The position numbers and the translations under genes were made by a program. The notes beneath the pieces were generated by a model that saw only the letters and a list, made by a program, of their open reading frames with translations, made no database searches and was not told the DNA's origin. 32,205 nucleotides of DNA from sequence record SRR20825006_2856; one strand, 5' to 3'. Positions 17,434-26,114 of this stretch are shown here, in pieces (positions within the stretch are counted from its first letter, which is position 1; each line of letters opens with the position of its first letter).

Positions 17434-18510
17434 ATGACCACATACAGCGTAATTACCGGAACCGGAATTTATTTACCAAAGAAAAAAGTAAGCAACGATG
17501 ACTTCTTAGATTTTGCTTTTTACGAATCTAACGGAACACCCATTGCAAAAGATAATCGGTATGTGGTAGATAAATTTAAAGAGATCACCACGATTGAAGA
17601 GCGCCGTTATGTAGCCGATGATTTGGTCGCTTCTGATATCGCGTATTTTGCTGCAAAAGATGCGATCAAAGATGCGCAACTTGATCCTGAGACACTGGAT
17701 TATATTATTGTTGCTCATAATTTTGGAGACGTTAAACACGGTTCAAACCGAAGCGATATGGTGCCGGCTCTGGCTGCTAGGGTCAAGCATAAATTAAAAA
17801 TCAAGAATCCGGAGTGTGTGGCTTATGACGTGCCCTTTGGTTGTCCCGGCTGGTTACAAGGGATGATCCAGGCTGATTATTATATTAAATCAGGCGACGC
17901 TAAAAAAATTCTGGTCATTGGAACCGAAACCTTATCTAGGGTTATTGATTTACACGATAGAGACAGTATGATCTATGCTGATGGGGCAGGAGCGACTATT
18001 CTAGAAAGCAGAGAAGCTGATCAGCGCATCGGAATTTTAGCACATAAAACCCGTTCAGACACGTATCGTTATGCCGAAATGCTTACGATGGGATGTTCTT
18101 ATAATATTACCGAAGAAAATAAGCAGGATCTTTATTTAAAAATGAACGGAAGACGTTTATATCAGTATGCGTTAGAAACGGTACCACTTTCTATCAAAGC
18201 TTGTTTAGATAAAGCCGAAGTGCCGATCGAAAAGGTAAAGAAAGTGTTGATACATCAAGCAAACGGCAAAATGGACGATGCGATCATAGACCGACTGTAT
18301 AAACTATACGGATATGAAGAAGCACCAGAAGGCATAATGCCGATGATCATTTCGTGGTTAGGGAATTCTTCTGTAGCCACCGTACCTACCTTACTGGACT
18401 TAATTTTAAAAAATAAAGTGGAAGGCCACAGCATAGAAGCCGGGGACCTAGTAGTTTTTGCTTCGGTAGGAGCGGGAATGAATATTAATGCTGCGGTTTA
18501 CCAATTTTAG
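17434..18510 (+). CDS. fabH: 3-oxoacyl-ACP synthase III (FabH family)
   Basis: Catalytic Cys-His-Asn in FGCPG, HQAN, GNSS. Also ADGAGA and SVGAGM. May be a paralog rather than the primary FabH. Confidence 0.88.
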   Translation: MTTYSVITGTGIYLPKKKVSNDDFLDFAFYESNGTPIAKDNRYVVDKFKEITTIEERRYVADDLVASDIAYFAAKDAIKDAQLDPETLDYIIVAHNFGDVKHGSNRSDMVPALAARVKHKLKIKNPECVAYDVPFGCPGWLQGMIQADYYIKSGDAKKILVIGTETLSRVIDLHDRDSMIYADGAGATILESREADQRIGILAHKTRSDTYRYAEMLTMGCSYNITEENKQDLYLKMNGRRLYQYALETVPLSIKACLDKAEVPIEKVKKVLIHQANGKMDDAIIDRLYKLYGYEEAPEGIMPMIISWLGNSSVATVPTLLDLILKNKVEGHSIEAGDLVVFASVGAGMNINAAVYQF

Positions 18511-18638
18511 AATGTTTTTGTTTGACGGTGTAAGTGCTTGATTGTTATAATTTTGCGCACTTTGTTGAATTTTTAGATTTAATTAATATTATTATTGATA
18601 ATACTTTTCATAATTAAATCTTAAACATTAACATTTAA

Positions 18639-18670
18639 TTGCAAATTTTAGGTTAAAAACCTTACTTTTG
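18639..18670 (+). promoter_or_regulatory. Bacteroidota sigma-70 promoter for the cheBR-bphP operon
   Basis: TTG at 18639-18641, 21-nt spacer, TACTTTTG at 18663-18670 (TAnnTTTG). Confidence 0.65.
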
Positions 18671-18741
18671 AGAGACTAGGCTCACTGTTATTATTATAAG
18701 CAATAATGCTTTTGTGAGTGCTTAACCTCTAAAAAGATTTT

Positions 18742-21700
18742 GTGACTACAAATACAAAAACTAACAAAGCAACTCACGTAATCGTAGGAATAGGAGCAAG
18801 TGCAGGTGGCCTGCAAGCGCTCAATGACTTTTTTGATAATGTTCCTACGGCATCACTATACAGTTATATTGTGGTGCAACACCTTTCTCCAGACCATAAA
18901 AGCTTGATGGCAGAGCTTTTAGGAAAAAATACTAAAATTCCTATAGAGGTTATTGAAGATGAAGGTGAGATTAAAGCCAATTGTATTTATCTGATTCCGC
19001 CCACTAATAATTTGGTGATTAAAGACGGAAAATTCAGACTTTTAGAAAAACCTAAAGATAAATCGCTTAACCTGCCTATAGACCTCTTTTTTGAGTCGCT
19101 CGCTAATCATTCTAAAGAACATTGCGCCGGGATCATTTTAAGCGGAACGGGAAGCGACGGTTCACGCGGAATTAGAGCCATTAAAGAGAAGGGTGGTGTG
19201 GTTATGGTACAACAACCTGAGCAGGCCAAATTTGATGGTATGCCACGTAACGCCATAAAAACAGGTCTTGCAGATTTTATCGTTCCGGTGGAACGTATAA
19301 GTGACGAACTTTCCAATTATTTTGAAGCGCAAAGCAGTATTGACTTTGACGCTGAACTTTACCAATACGATGAGCGTCTTTTAAAAGAGATTTTAAAAGT
19401 GCTTAAAACCAATACCGCACTCGATTTTAGTCTTTACAAACGCCCAACCCTGCTGCGCCGCATTGGTAGACGGGTACGTGTGCTCAAGCTCGATTCACTT
19501 GAAGGTTATTTTGAATATTTGAAGACCAATAAAGAAGAGGTTCAAACGCTATACAAAGAATTTTTGATAGGGGTGACCAAGTTTTTTAGAGATTATAAAG
19601 TTTGGGAGCTTCTGGCAGAAGATATTATTCCTGAAATGGTTGCTTCTAAAGATGATGGCGATGTGATCAAGGTTTGGGATGTAGGGTGTAGCACAGGAGA
19701 GGAGCCGTTTTCTTTGGGGATTTTGTTTTTAGAGGAAATCGAAAAACAAGACAAAGATGTTTCGCTTAAGATCTTTGCAACAGATATTTCTCAAGATCAT
19801 TTAGATATTGCCAGTCGCGGAAGCTATTCAGAAAATGTATTGAGCGATCTTTCTAAGGATCGTCTCAAAAAATATTTTAGAAAGCACGGAGACGATTTTG
19901 TAGTAAAAGATAATTTAAGAAAATGCATTATTTTTTCTAATCACGATATCACTAACGATCCGCCATTTAAAAATATGGATGTGGTGATGTGTCGTAATCT
20001 TTTGATCTATCTTCAAAACGATGTGCAAACTAAAGTCATTCATCTGCTGCATTATGCATTGAAACAAGATGGTATTTTGACTTTAGGCTCCAGCGAATCT
20101 CTGGGTGTGCATAAAGATAATTTTGAGGAAATCAATAGAAAGTGGAATATCTACAGAAATATAGAAAGTTCTGAGCGTTTAAAAACCGAAATATTGAATT
20201 CTACGGCAGAACGTCAAACGTTTAAACGTCACGAAAACGGAATGAAAAACGGAAACGTGCAAAATTACAGCAACACGCAACGCCTGAAAGAAGAGATCAG
20301 TAAGGCGATCATTCAGCAGTATGGGGCTGCAAGTGTGTATATTGATGAGAACTTCCAGATTTTGGAAGCTATGGGCGCATTTAAAAAGTACGCCCAATTA
20401 CCCGAAGAAGGTTTTACAACAAACCTTATTGATATGCTACCGGAAGAACTCGCCGGACCCATTAAAAACACTGTGAATAAAGCCAAAAGAAAGCGCTCAC
20501 AAATCTTGTATAAAGACGTGGAGGTTTATGGGGATGATGAAGAATTACAAACCCGTCTTGATGTTTTAGTTAAGCCTATTAAAAACGGAGTCGCAGAAGG
20601 CGATTTTCATTTTATCATTACGCTCATTGAGCAAGACCGTGAGCACAACAAAGCGATTATCGTTGAGCGCGCTGATATTCACAAATCGTCTCAAGAACGC
20701 ATAAGAGATCTTGAGGAAGAGCTAAAAGAGACACAATACGAGCTGAGTAATGCGCTTGAAGAAGCAGAAACCAGCAACGAAGAATTACAGGCGTCAAATG
20801 AAGAACTTCTAGCGTCTAATGAAGAGCTGCAAAGCACCAATGAAGAATTGCAAAGTGTAAATGAAGAGTTACACACCGTAAATGCTGAGCATATTGAAAA
20901 GATGGAAGATCTGGCGATGCTTAATGCGGATATGGATAATCTTCTTGATAGTACCCGTATTGGTACAGTTTTCTTAGATAAAAATTTAATTATCAGGAAA
21001 TTCACTCCGGCAATCCGGGAGCATTTCCATTTGGTAAAGCAAGATATTGGGCGATCCATTGAGAATTTCGTGGCGAATTTTGGGATTCGTAAACGCAAAA
21101 CTATTGTTGATAATTCTAAAACTGTAATGGAAACCGGTCAGGTTTTTGAAAAGCGTATCAAGAGTAAATCAGGGCGCTATTTTCTACAGCGTATTTCGCC
21201 ATTTCATACCGGTCAGGATAAAATTGATGGGGTGGTCATCACCTTTATTGATATTCATAAGGTCGAACAATCACAGGAGCGTTTACGTAAAAGTGAAGAG
21301 AAATTCAAAGCTTTTTATGAGGATGATCCGGTGATGCACGTTACGATCAATTCGCATACAGGTCTGATCACTGAGTGCAATAAGCTTTTTGTAGAGACTT
21401 TAGGCTTCAAAGAGAAAAATGAAGTTATTGGCAAATCTATCTTTGAGTTTTATCCGAAGCGTACGAAGGTAAAAGCAATTGCTTTGTTAGACGAACTCGA
21501 AAAATCGGGTAGTATCGCTAATGAAGAATTAACGTTGGAGTGTGTTGATGGAGATAAAGTAGATGTGCTGTTTAATGCAGAGTTGATGACCACAACTTCT
21601 GCGAAAGATACCACCCAATGGCGTTGCACGCTGATGGAGATCACAGATCTTAAAAATGCCCAGCAAGAGTTGCAAAAGCAAAAAGAAGACCTAGAACGCA

Positions 21701-22368
21701 TCAATACAGATCTAGAACAATTTGTTTCGATTTGTTCGCATGACCTTCAAGAACCGCTTTCGACTATTAGATTCAGTAGTGATTTTCTTTCGAAGAAATT
21801 CAGTAGTGAATTGAGTGAAAAAGGTAAAGAATATCTAGGTTATATTCATGAAGCTTCCGGGCGTATGGCAGAGCAGATTAAAGCGCTGCTAGAACATAGC
21901 CGCATTGGGGAAGACCTTAAGAAAACTAAAGTAGATGTAGCCGAATTACTCGAGGTGGTAAAATACGATCTCAACCGAAGCATTCGGGAAGCGAACGCAA
22001 CCGTAACCGTGGGTAAAATGCCACAAATGATGGCCTACGAAACCGAATTGCGTTTATTGTTTCAGAATTTGATCAGTAATGCTTTAAAATACCGAAAGAA
22101 AGACACCAACCCAAGTATTCGAATCTCAACGTTCTCTGATGATGAGTACCAGACCTTTGCTATTGCAGATAATGGAATAGGAATTAAAGAAGATGATCTT
22201 GAGGCGATCTTTAAGATTTTTGGACGTGTTCCTACCGAAGAAAAATACGACGGCACCGGTGTAGGTTTAGCGCATTGTAAAAAGATCGTAAAACTGCACG
22301 AAGGTAAAATCTGGGTAGATTCAGAGTTTGGTCAAGGAAGTACGTTCTATTTCAAAATTAAAAAATAA
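18742..22368 (+). CDS. CheB methylesterase-CheR methyltransferase-coiled coil-PAS-histidine kinase fusion (GTG start)
   Basis: CheB triad GASAGG/VQHL/GSDG. CheR VTKFFRD, GCSTGEE, ATDI, CRNLLIY. NEELQS heptads, PAS domains, H-box SHDLQEPL, NLISNALKY, DNGIG, GTGVGL. Confidence 0.93.
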   Translation: MTTNTKTNKATHVIVGIGASAGGLQALNDFFDNVPTASLYSYIVVQHLSPDHKSLMAELLGKNTKIPIEVIEDEGEIKANCIYLIPPTNNLVIKDGKFRLLEKPKDKSLNLPIDLFFESLANHSKEHCAGIILSGTGSDGSRGIRAIKEKGGVVMVQQPEQAKFDGMPRNAIKTGLADFIVPVERISDELSNYFEAQSSIDFDAELYQYDERLLKEILKVLKTNTALDFSLYKRPTLLRRIGRRVRVLKLDSLEGYFEYLKTNKEEVQTLYKEFLIGVTKFFRDYKVWELLAEDIIPEMVASKDDGDVIKVWDVGCSTGEEPFSLGILFLEEIEKQDKDVSLKIFATDISQDHLDIASRGSYSENVLSDLSKDRLKKYFRKHGDDFVVKDNLRKCIIFSNHDITNDPPFKNMDVVMCRNLLIYLQNDVQTKVIHLLHYALKQDGILTLGSSESLGVHKDNFEEINRKWNIYRNIESSERLKTEILNSTAERQTFKRHENGMKNGNVQNYSNTQRLKEEISKAIIQQYGAASVYIDENFQILEAMGAFKKYAQLPEEGFTTNLIDMLPEELAGPIKNTVNKAKRKRSQILYKDVEVYGDDEELQTRLDVLVKPIKNGVAEGDFHFIITLIEQDREHNKAIIVERADIHKSSQERIRDLEEELKETQYELSNALEEAETSNEELQASNEELLASNEELQSTNEELQSVNEELHTVNAEHIEKMEDLAMLNADMDNLLDSTRIGTVFLDKNLIIRKFTPAIREHFHLVKQDIGRSIENFVANFGIRKRKTIVDNSKTVMETGQVFEKRIKSKSGRYFLQRISPFHTGQDKIDGVVITFIDIHKVEQSQERLRKSEEKFKAFYEDDPVMHVTINSHTGLITECNKLFVETLGFKEKNEVIGKSIFEFYPKRTKVKAIALLDELEKSGSIANEELTLECVDGDKVDVLFNAELMTTTSAKDTTQWRCTLMEITDLKNAQQELQKQKEDLERINTDLEQFVSICSHDLQEPLSTIRFSSDFLSKKFSSELSEKGKEYLGYIHEASGRMAEQIKALLEHSRIGEDLKKTKVDVAELLEVVKYDLNRSIREANATVTVGKMPQMMAYETELRLLFQNLISNALKYRKKDTNPSIRISTFSDDEYQTFAIADNGIGIKEDDLEAIFKIFGRVPTEEKYDGTGVGLAHCKKIVKLHEGKIWVDSEFGQGSTFYFKIKK
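20776..20880 (+). repeat. Five imperfect in-frame 21-bp repeats encoding NEELxxx heptads
   Basis: NEELQAS NEELLAS NEELQST NEELQSV NEELHTV, each unit starting AAYGAAGAR. Confidence 0.9.
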
Positions 22369-22370
22369 CT

Positions 22371-24581
22371 ATGGCTCACGGTCCGACGTCACTATATCCC
22401 AAAGAAGTTACTTTAACCAATTGCGACAGAGAACCCATTCACATTTTAGGTAAAATTCAAAATCACGGGTATCTTATTGCTTGTGATGCCTCCTCACATA
22501 TCGTAAATTACTGTAGCGATAATATTGCTCAGATTCTTGGCAAAGGCCCCGAAGCGCTTTTAGGTCAACCTTTAAAAGCGGTTTTTGATGAGGTGCAAAC
22601 GCAGCAGCTTTTAGAGACTAAAGTCGCTGAGAAAGCAACGCCTATACATACGACAATAGATGGTCAACAATATGCGATGTTAGCTCACCTTAATGAAGGC
22701 AATCTCGTCATAGAATTTGAGCCTCTGGAAGTTGATGCCAATGCTTTTGAATACCAAAATCAATTGGCAGAGATCGTAAGTAAACTTAACGGAGCGGGCG
22801 AGGAGCAACGTATGTGCGATGTCACTGCAGATTTAATCAAAGAGTTTTTTGGGTACGACCGGGTGATGATCTATCGGTTTGATGAGAATTGGGACGGAAT
22901 CGTGGTTTCTGAAGCTCGCGAATCGTATTTAGAAAGCTGGTTAGGTTTACGATATCCGGCGTCAGATATTCCGCAGCAAGCGCGTAAATTATTTCTAAAA
23001 CAAGGGGTACGTATCATTGCAGATGTAAAGAGTACGCCGGTAAGCATACAAGCTTTAGGTGGAAAAGAGCAAGAAAACCCTATTGATCTATCATTGAGCG
23101 AAACTAGGGCCTCGTCACCAATTCACATTGAATATTTAGAAAATATGAATGTTGGGGCTTCGCTAACCGCAGCTATAATCTCAAAAGGAACGTTATGGGG
23201 CTTGATCGCTTGCCATCATTACTCACCTAAGTTCGTTGACTTTTATAAGCGCCAATCCTGTAAATTTTTAACACAAATATTTTCTAGTCAGCTGGTGCTA
23301 CTTTCTTCAAATATCCTTTTACAAAAGGTAAATGAAGCCTCAAAAACGCGTAGTCTTTTGATGGAAAAGATCACCAAAAACTGGAATGTTCATAAAGGCC
23401 TGACCAAAGGATCACATACGATGCTTGATCTTACTCAGGCTCACGGTGCGGCTGTTTTTTTAGACGGAAAGCTTAAAAGAGTAGGCATCACTCCTGATAA
23501 AGAACAGATACTAGCACTGATAAACCGTCTAAAACCTCTTGAGCAGGATGAGATAATCACAACACAGTTAACAAAAGACCTTCCGGAATTACAGGATTTA
23601 AAAGCGAAAGCTTCTGGGGTGATGTGTTTGTTTTTATCTAATCTTAAAAAGGATGCGATCCTTTGGTTCAAATCAGAAAAAATAGAGACCGTCAATTGGG
23701 CCGGGAATCCTGATAAACTAAGTACGCTAGATAGCAACGAACGCTTAACACCGCGAAAATCATTCGAAGCCTGGTCAATACAAGAAGAAGGTAAATCGGC
23801 TCCTTGGGAAGATTATGAGATCGTTGCTGCACGAGCGCTAAAGCAGGATATTTCTCAAATAATTCTTGAGAAATATGATGAGATAAAGGGCTTACACAAT
23901 CTACTCCAGATCGCTTATGAAGACCTGGAAACCTTCAGTTATAGTGTAGCGCACGATTTGAGAGCGCCTTTACGCGGGATTGATGGTTTTGCACACATCA
24001 TCAAGGAAGACTATTTTGAGCAGCTTGATGAATTTGGTAAGAGTTCCATTGATACGATCATAGGTTCGGCGACTAAGATGAATCAGTTAATTGATGATAT
24101 TTTAGCGTTCTCGATGGTGTCACAATCTGAGATGAATAAAGATAAATTCTCGATGAACAAGCTCGTTGACGACGTGCTTGGTATTTTGCCTATTTTGCAA
24201 GATTATCCTTCGGTTTCGATTACTGTGGCACCGCAAATGCCTCAAGCCTATGGAGATCGTAAAATGATCGCTCAAGTGCTTCAGAATTTATTGACGAATG
24301 CATTAAAATATACGAGAGCGGTTGAGCAGCCTCAAATAGCCATCGGTTTTAAAGAGCATCAGAATAAAGGATTTTATTTTGTACAGGATAATGGTATTGG
24401 GTTTGATCAAAGCCACGAGAAGCGTATTTTTAGACTCTTTAACCGGTTGGTAGGAGACGAGTACGAAGGCTCAGGAATTGGTCTCACTATTGCTAAGCGC
24501 ATTATAAAAAAACATAAGGGTGCTATAGCGGTGATTAGCAAGCCGGGTGAAGGAAGTACATTTTTATTTAATTTAGGTTAA
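22371..24581 (+). CDS. bphP: Bacteriophytochrome histidine kinase (PAS-GAF-PHY-HK)
   Basis: NCDREPIH with Cys18, DRVMIYRF, YPASDIP, SPIHIEYL, LIACHH, WAG and PRKSF tongue motifs, H-box AHDLRAPL, DNGIG, GSGIGL. Confidence 0.96.
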   Translation: MAHGPTSLYPKEVTLTNCDREPIHILGKIQNHGYLIACDASSHIVNYCSDNIAQILGKGPEALLGQPLKAVFDEVQTQQLLETKVAEKATPIHTTIDGQQYAMLAHLNEGNLVIEFEPLEVDANAFEYQNQLAEIVSKLNGAGEEQRMCDVTADLIKEFFGYDRVMIYRFDENWDGIVVSEARESYLESWLGLRYPASDIPQQARKLFLKQGVRIIADVKSTPVSIQALGGKEQENPIDLSLSETRASSPIHIEYLENMNVGASLTAAIISKGTLWGLIACHHYSPKFVDFYKRQSCKFLTQIFSSQLVLLSSNILLQKVNEASKTRSLLMEKITKNWNVHKGLTKGSHTMLDLTQAHGAAVFLDGKLKRVGITPDKEQILALINRLKPLEQDEIITTQLTKDLPELQDLKAKASGVMCLFLSNLKKDAILWFKSEKIETVNWAGNPDKLSTLDSNERLTPRKSFEAWSIQEEGKSAPWEDYEIVAARALKQDISQIILEKYDEIKGLHNLLQIAYEDLETFSYSVAHDLRAPLRGIDGFAHIIKEDYFEQLDEFGKSSIDTIIGSATKMNQLIDDILAFSMVSQSEMNKDKFSMNKLVDDVLGILPILQDYPSVSITVAPQMPQAYGDRKMIAQVLQNLLTNALKYTRAVEQPQIAIGFKEHQNKGFYFVQDNGIGFDQSHEKRIFRLFNRLVGDEYEGSGIGLTIAKRIIKKHKGAIAVISKPGEGSTFLFNLG

Positions 24582-24591
24582 AATTTAATCC

Positions 24592-25002
24592 GTGGCAGAA
24601 GATTATATTTTATCGATAGAAGACAATAACACTGATATTGCTTTGATGAACAGGATATTTCAGAAGAATATTCCGCATTACGGCATTAAACACATCTCAG
24701 ATGGGCAGGAAGCGGTAGCTTTTTTAGAGTCTGAAGCATTTAGATTGCAGCAGCCAAAATTAGTGTTGCTGGATATCAAAGTACCTCGTTTAAACGGATT
24801 GCAGATTTTAAAAAAATTTAGAAAGATCGAGGCGTATTTAGGGATTCCGGTGGTAATGATGAGTTCGTCAGACCGGAAGGATGAAATAATAAAAGCGTAT
24901 AAATTTGGTGCGAATAGCTTTATTGAAAAACCGCGCACCTATCCCGAATTATCAAAGGCTTTACCGGCCTTGATTAACTATTGGATTGTTTACAATAAAT
25001 AA
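24592..25002 (+). CDS. Phytochrome-associated single-domain response regulator (Rcp1/BphR-like; GTG start)
   Basis: IEDN, LLDIKVP, MSSS, GANSFIEKP, C-terminal YW motif typical of phytochrome receivers; directly follows bphP. Confidence 0.9.
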   Translation: MAEDYILSIEDNNTDIALMNRIFQKNIPHYGIKHISDGQEAVAFLESEAFRLQQPKLVLLDIKVPRLNGLQILKKFRKIEAYLGIPVVMMSSSDRKDEIIKAYKFGANSFIEKPRTYPELSKALPALINYWIVYNK

Positions 25003-25003
25003 T

Positions 25004-25600
25004 ATGATCACAGAAGAATTAAAAATTTTAATGGTTGAGGATAATCCCGCCGATGTGACGCTCCTGAGGCGAGAGATCTTTAAAGTGGCAGAAAATGCTG
25101 AGGTGATTGTATGCAACAACCTAACAGATTTTAGACTGAATCTGGTTAATAATCCGCCAGATCTGATTATATCAGATTACAATCTGCCTACGTGTTCTGG
25201 TTTAGAAATTTTAGAAGTTGCCCAAAGGCTGACCCCGTCGGTAACCTTTTTATTCATCACCGGTACCATTAACGATGAGGAGCTTGCCGCTGATACCATT
25301 CTCAGTGGAGCATCTGGTTATATGCTGAAAAAGAATATCAGCAAATTGCATATTCGCCTGGAGCCTTATCTCAATGCCATATCTAAAAATGGCCCAATGA
25401 TGCATCCGGTGCGTAAAAAAATAGTAGAGAGTAAAAAACTCGTACGCGATATTGAAGTTTTTTTGGAGAATTTTTCTCGTGAAAATATGTCGCATCGCGA
25501 AGGAATGCTCAAAATTCAAGAAGACCTTAAACGCCTAAAATCAGGATATGATTTTAAAACACTTAAAGACCCAAACAGCAACTTTACACCAGAAGACTGA
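25004..25600 (+). CDS. Response regulator with short helical C-terminal tail of unknown function
   Basis: MVEDNPAD, ISDYNLP, FITGT, GYMLK. ATG 25004 lies 1 nt after the previous stop. Confidence 0.85.
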   Translation: MITEELKILMVEDNPADVTLLRREIFKVAENAEVIVCNNLTDFRLNLVNNPPDLIISDYNLPTCSGLEILEVAQRLTPSVTFLFITGTINDEELAADTILSGASGYMLKKNISKLHIRLEPYLNAISKNGPMMHPVRKKIVESKKLVRDIEVFLENFSRENMSHREGMLKIQEDLKRLKSGYDFKTLKDPNSNFTPED

Positions 25601-26114
25601 AGAAGATAATCTTGCAAAATTTATTCTCGATCACAGTATTGACGTTGCTACATACACCCGATTACTTCAACAAAATTACCTGGCTTACGCCCGTATAGAT
25701 CGTATTTTAGAGGCTAATAGCGCTTCTTTAGATGAGAACTTAAAGGTGTACGCTGATGCGGCAAAAAGTAAAGCGCTAGCAAAAGATCTAACCGATCTGG
25801 ACACTGAAATTCCACAGGTTGAGTCAACTGCAGAACAGTTTAGTAGCGCTTATCTTTTAGGTTTGATCTATGTGGTTGAAGGTTCGATGATGGGAGGTTT
25901 GCTTATTAGAAAAAATCTTGAATCTTGTGAGCATCTTAAAGATAAAACAATGCATCATTTCTTCGGAAAATCAGCACCTGAGGTTATGCAACGCTGGAAG
26001 AATTTTACCGGTGCGGTAGAAGAGAAGACGTACTCTGAGCAAGAACATCAAGACGCGGTAGATGGTGCGCACGCAGCATTTATGATCTTTAAAGATTCTT
26101 ACAGCTACGCTTAG
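25548..26114 (+). CDS. bphO: Biliverdin-producing heme oxygenase
   Basis: LKTQTATLH (proximal His), YVVEGSMMGG distal helix, HFFG...W; located in a bacteriophytochrome operon. Confidence 0.9.
   Translation: MILKHLKTQTATLHQKTEEDNLAKFILDHSIDVATYTRLLQQNYLAYARIDRILEANSASLDENLKVYADAAKSKALAKDLTDLDTEIPQVESTAEQFSSAYLLGLIYVVEGSMMGGLLIRKNLESCEHLKDKTMHHFFGKSAPEVMQRWKNFTGAVEEKTYSEQEHQDAVDGAHAAFMIFKDSYSYA

Noticed and set aside
17434-18510. FabH as part of the light operon or a pigment biosynthesis cluster
   Set aside because: Separated by 231 nt containing a separate candidate promoter, with no ACP or other pathway genes nearby.
18532-18562. AAGTGC...GCACTT inverted repeat as the fabH terminator
   Set aside because: Only a 6-bp stem with a 19-nt loop; too weak to call.
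20776-20880. 21-bp periodic repeats as a CRISPR array
   Set aside because: No spacers, in frame within a CDS, variation largely at synonymous positions, and no cas genes.
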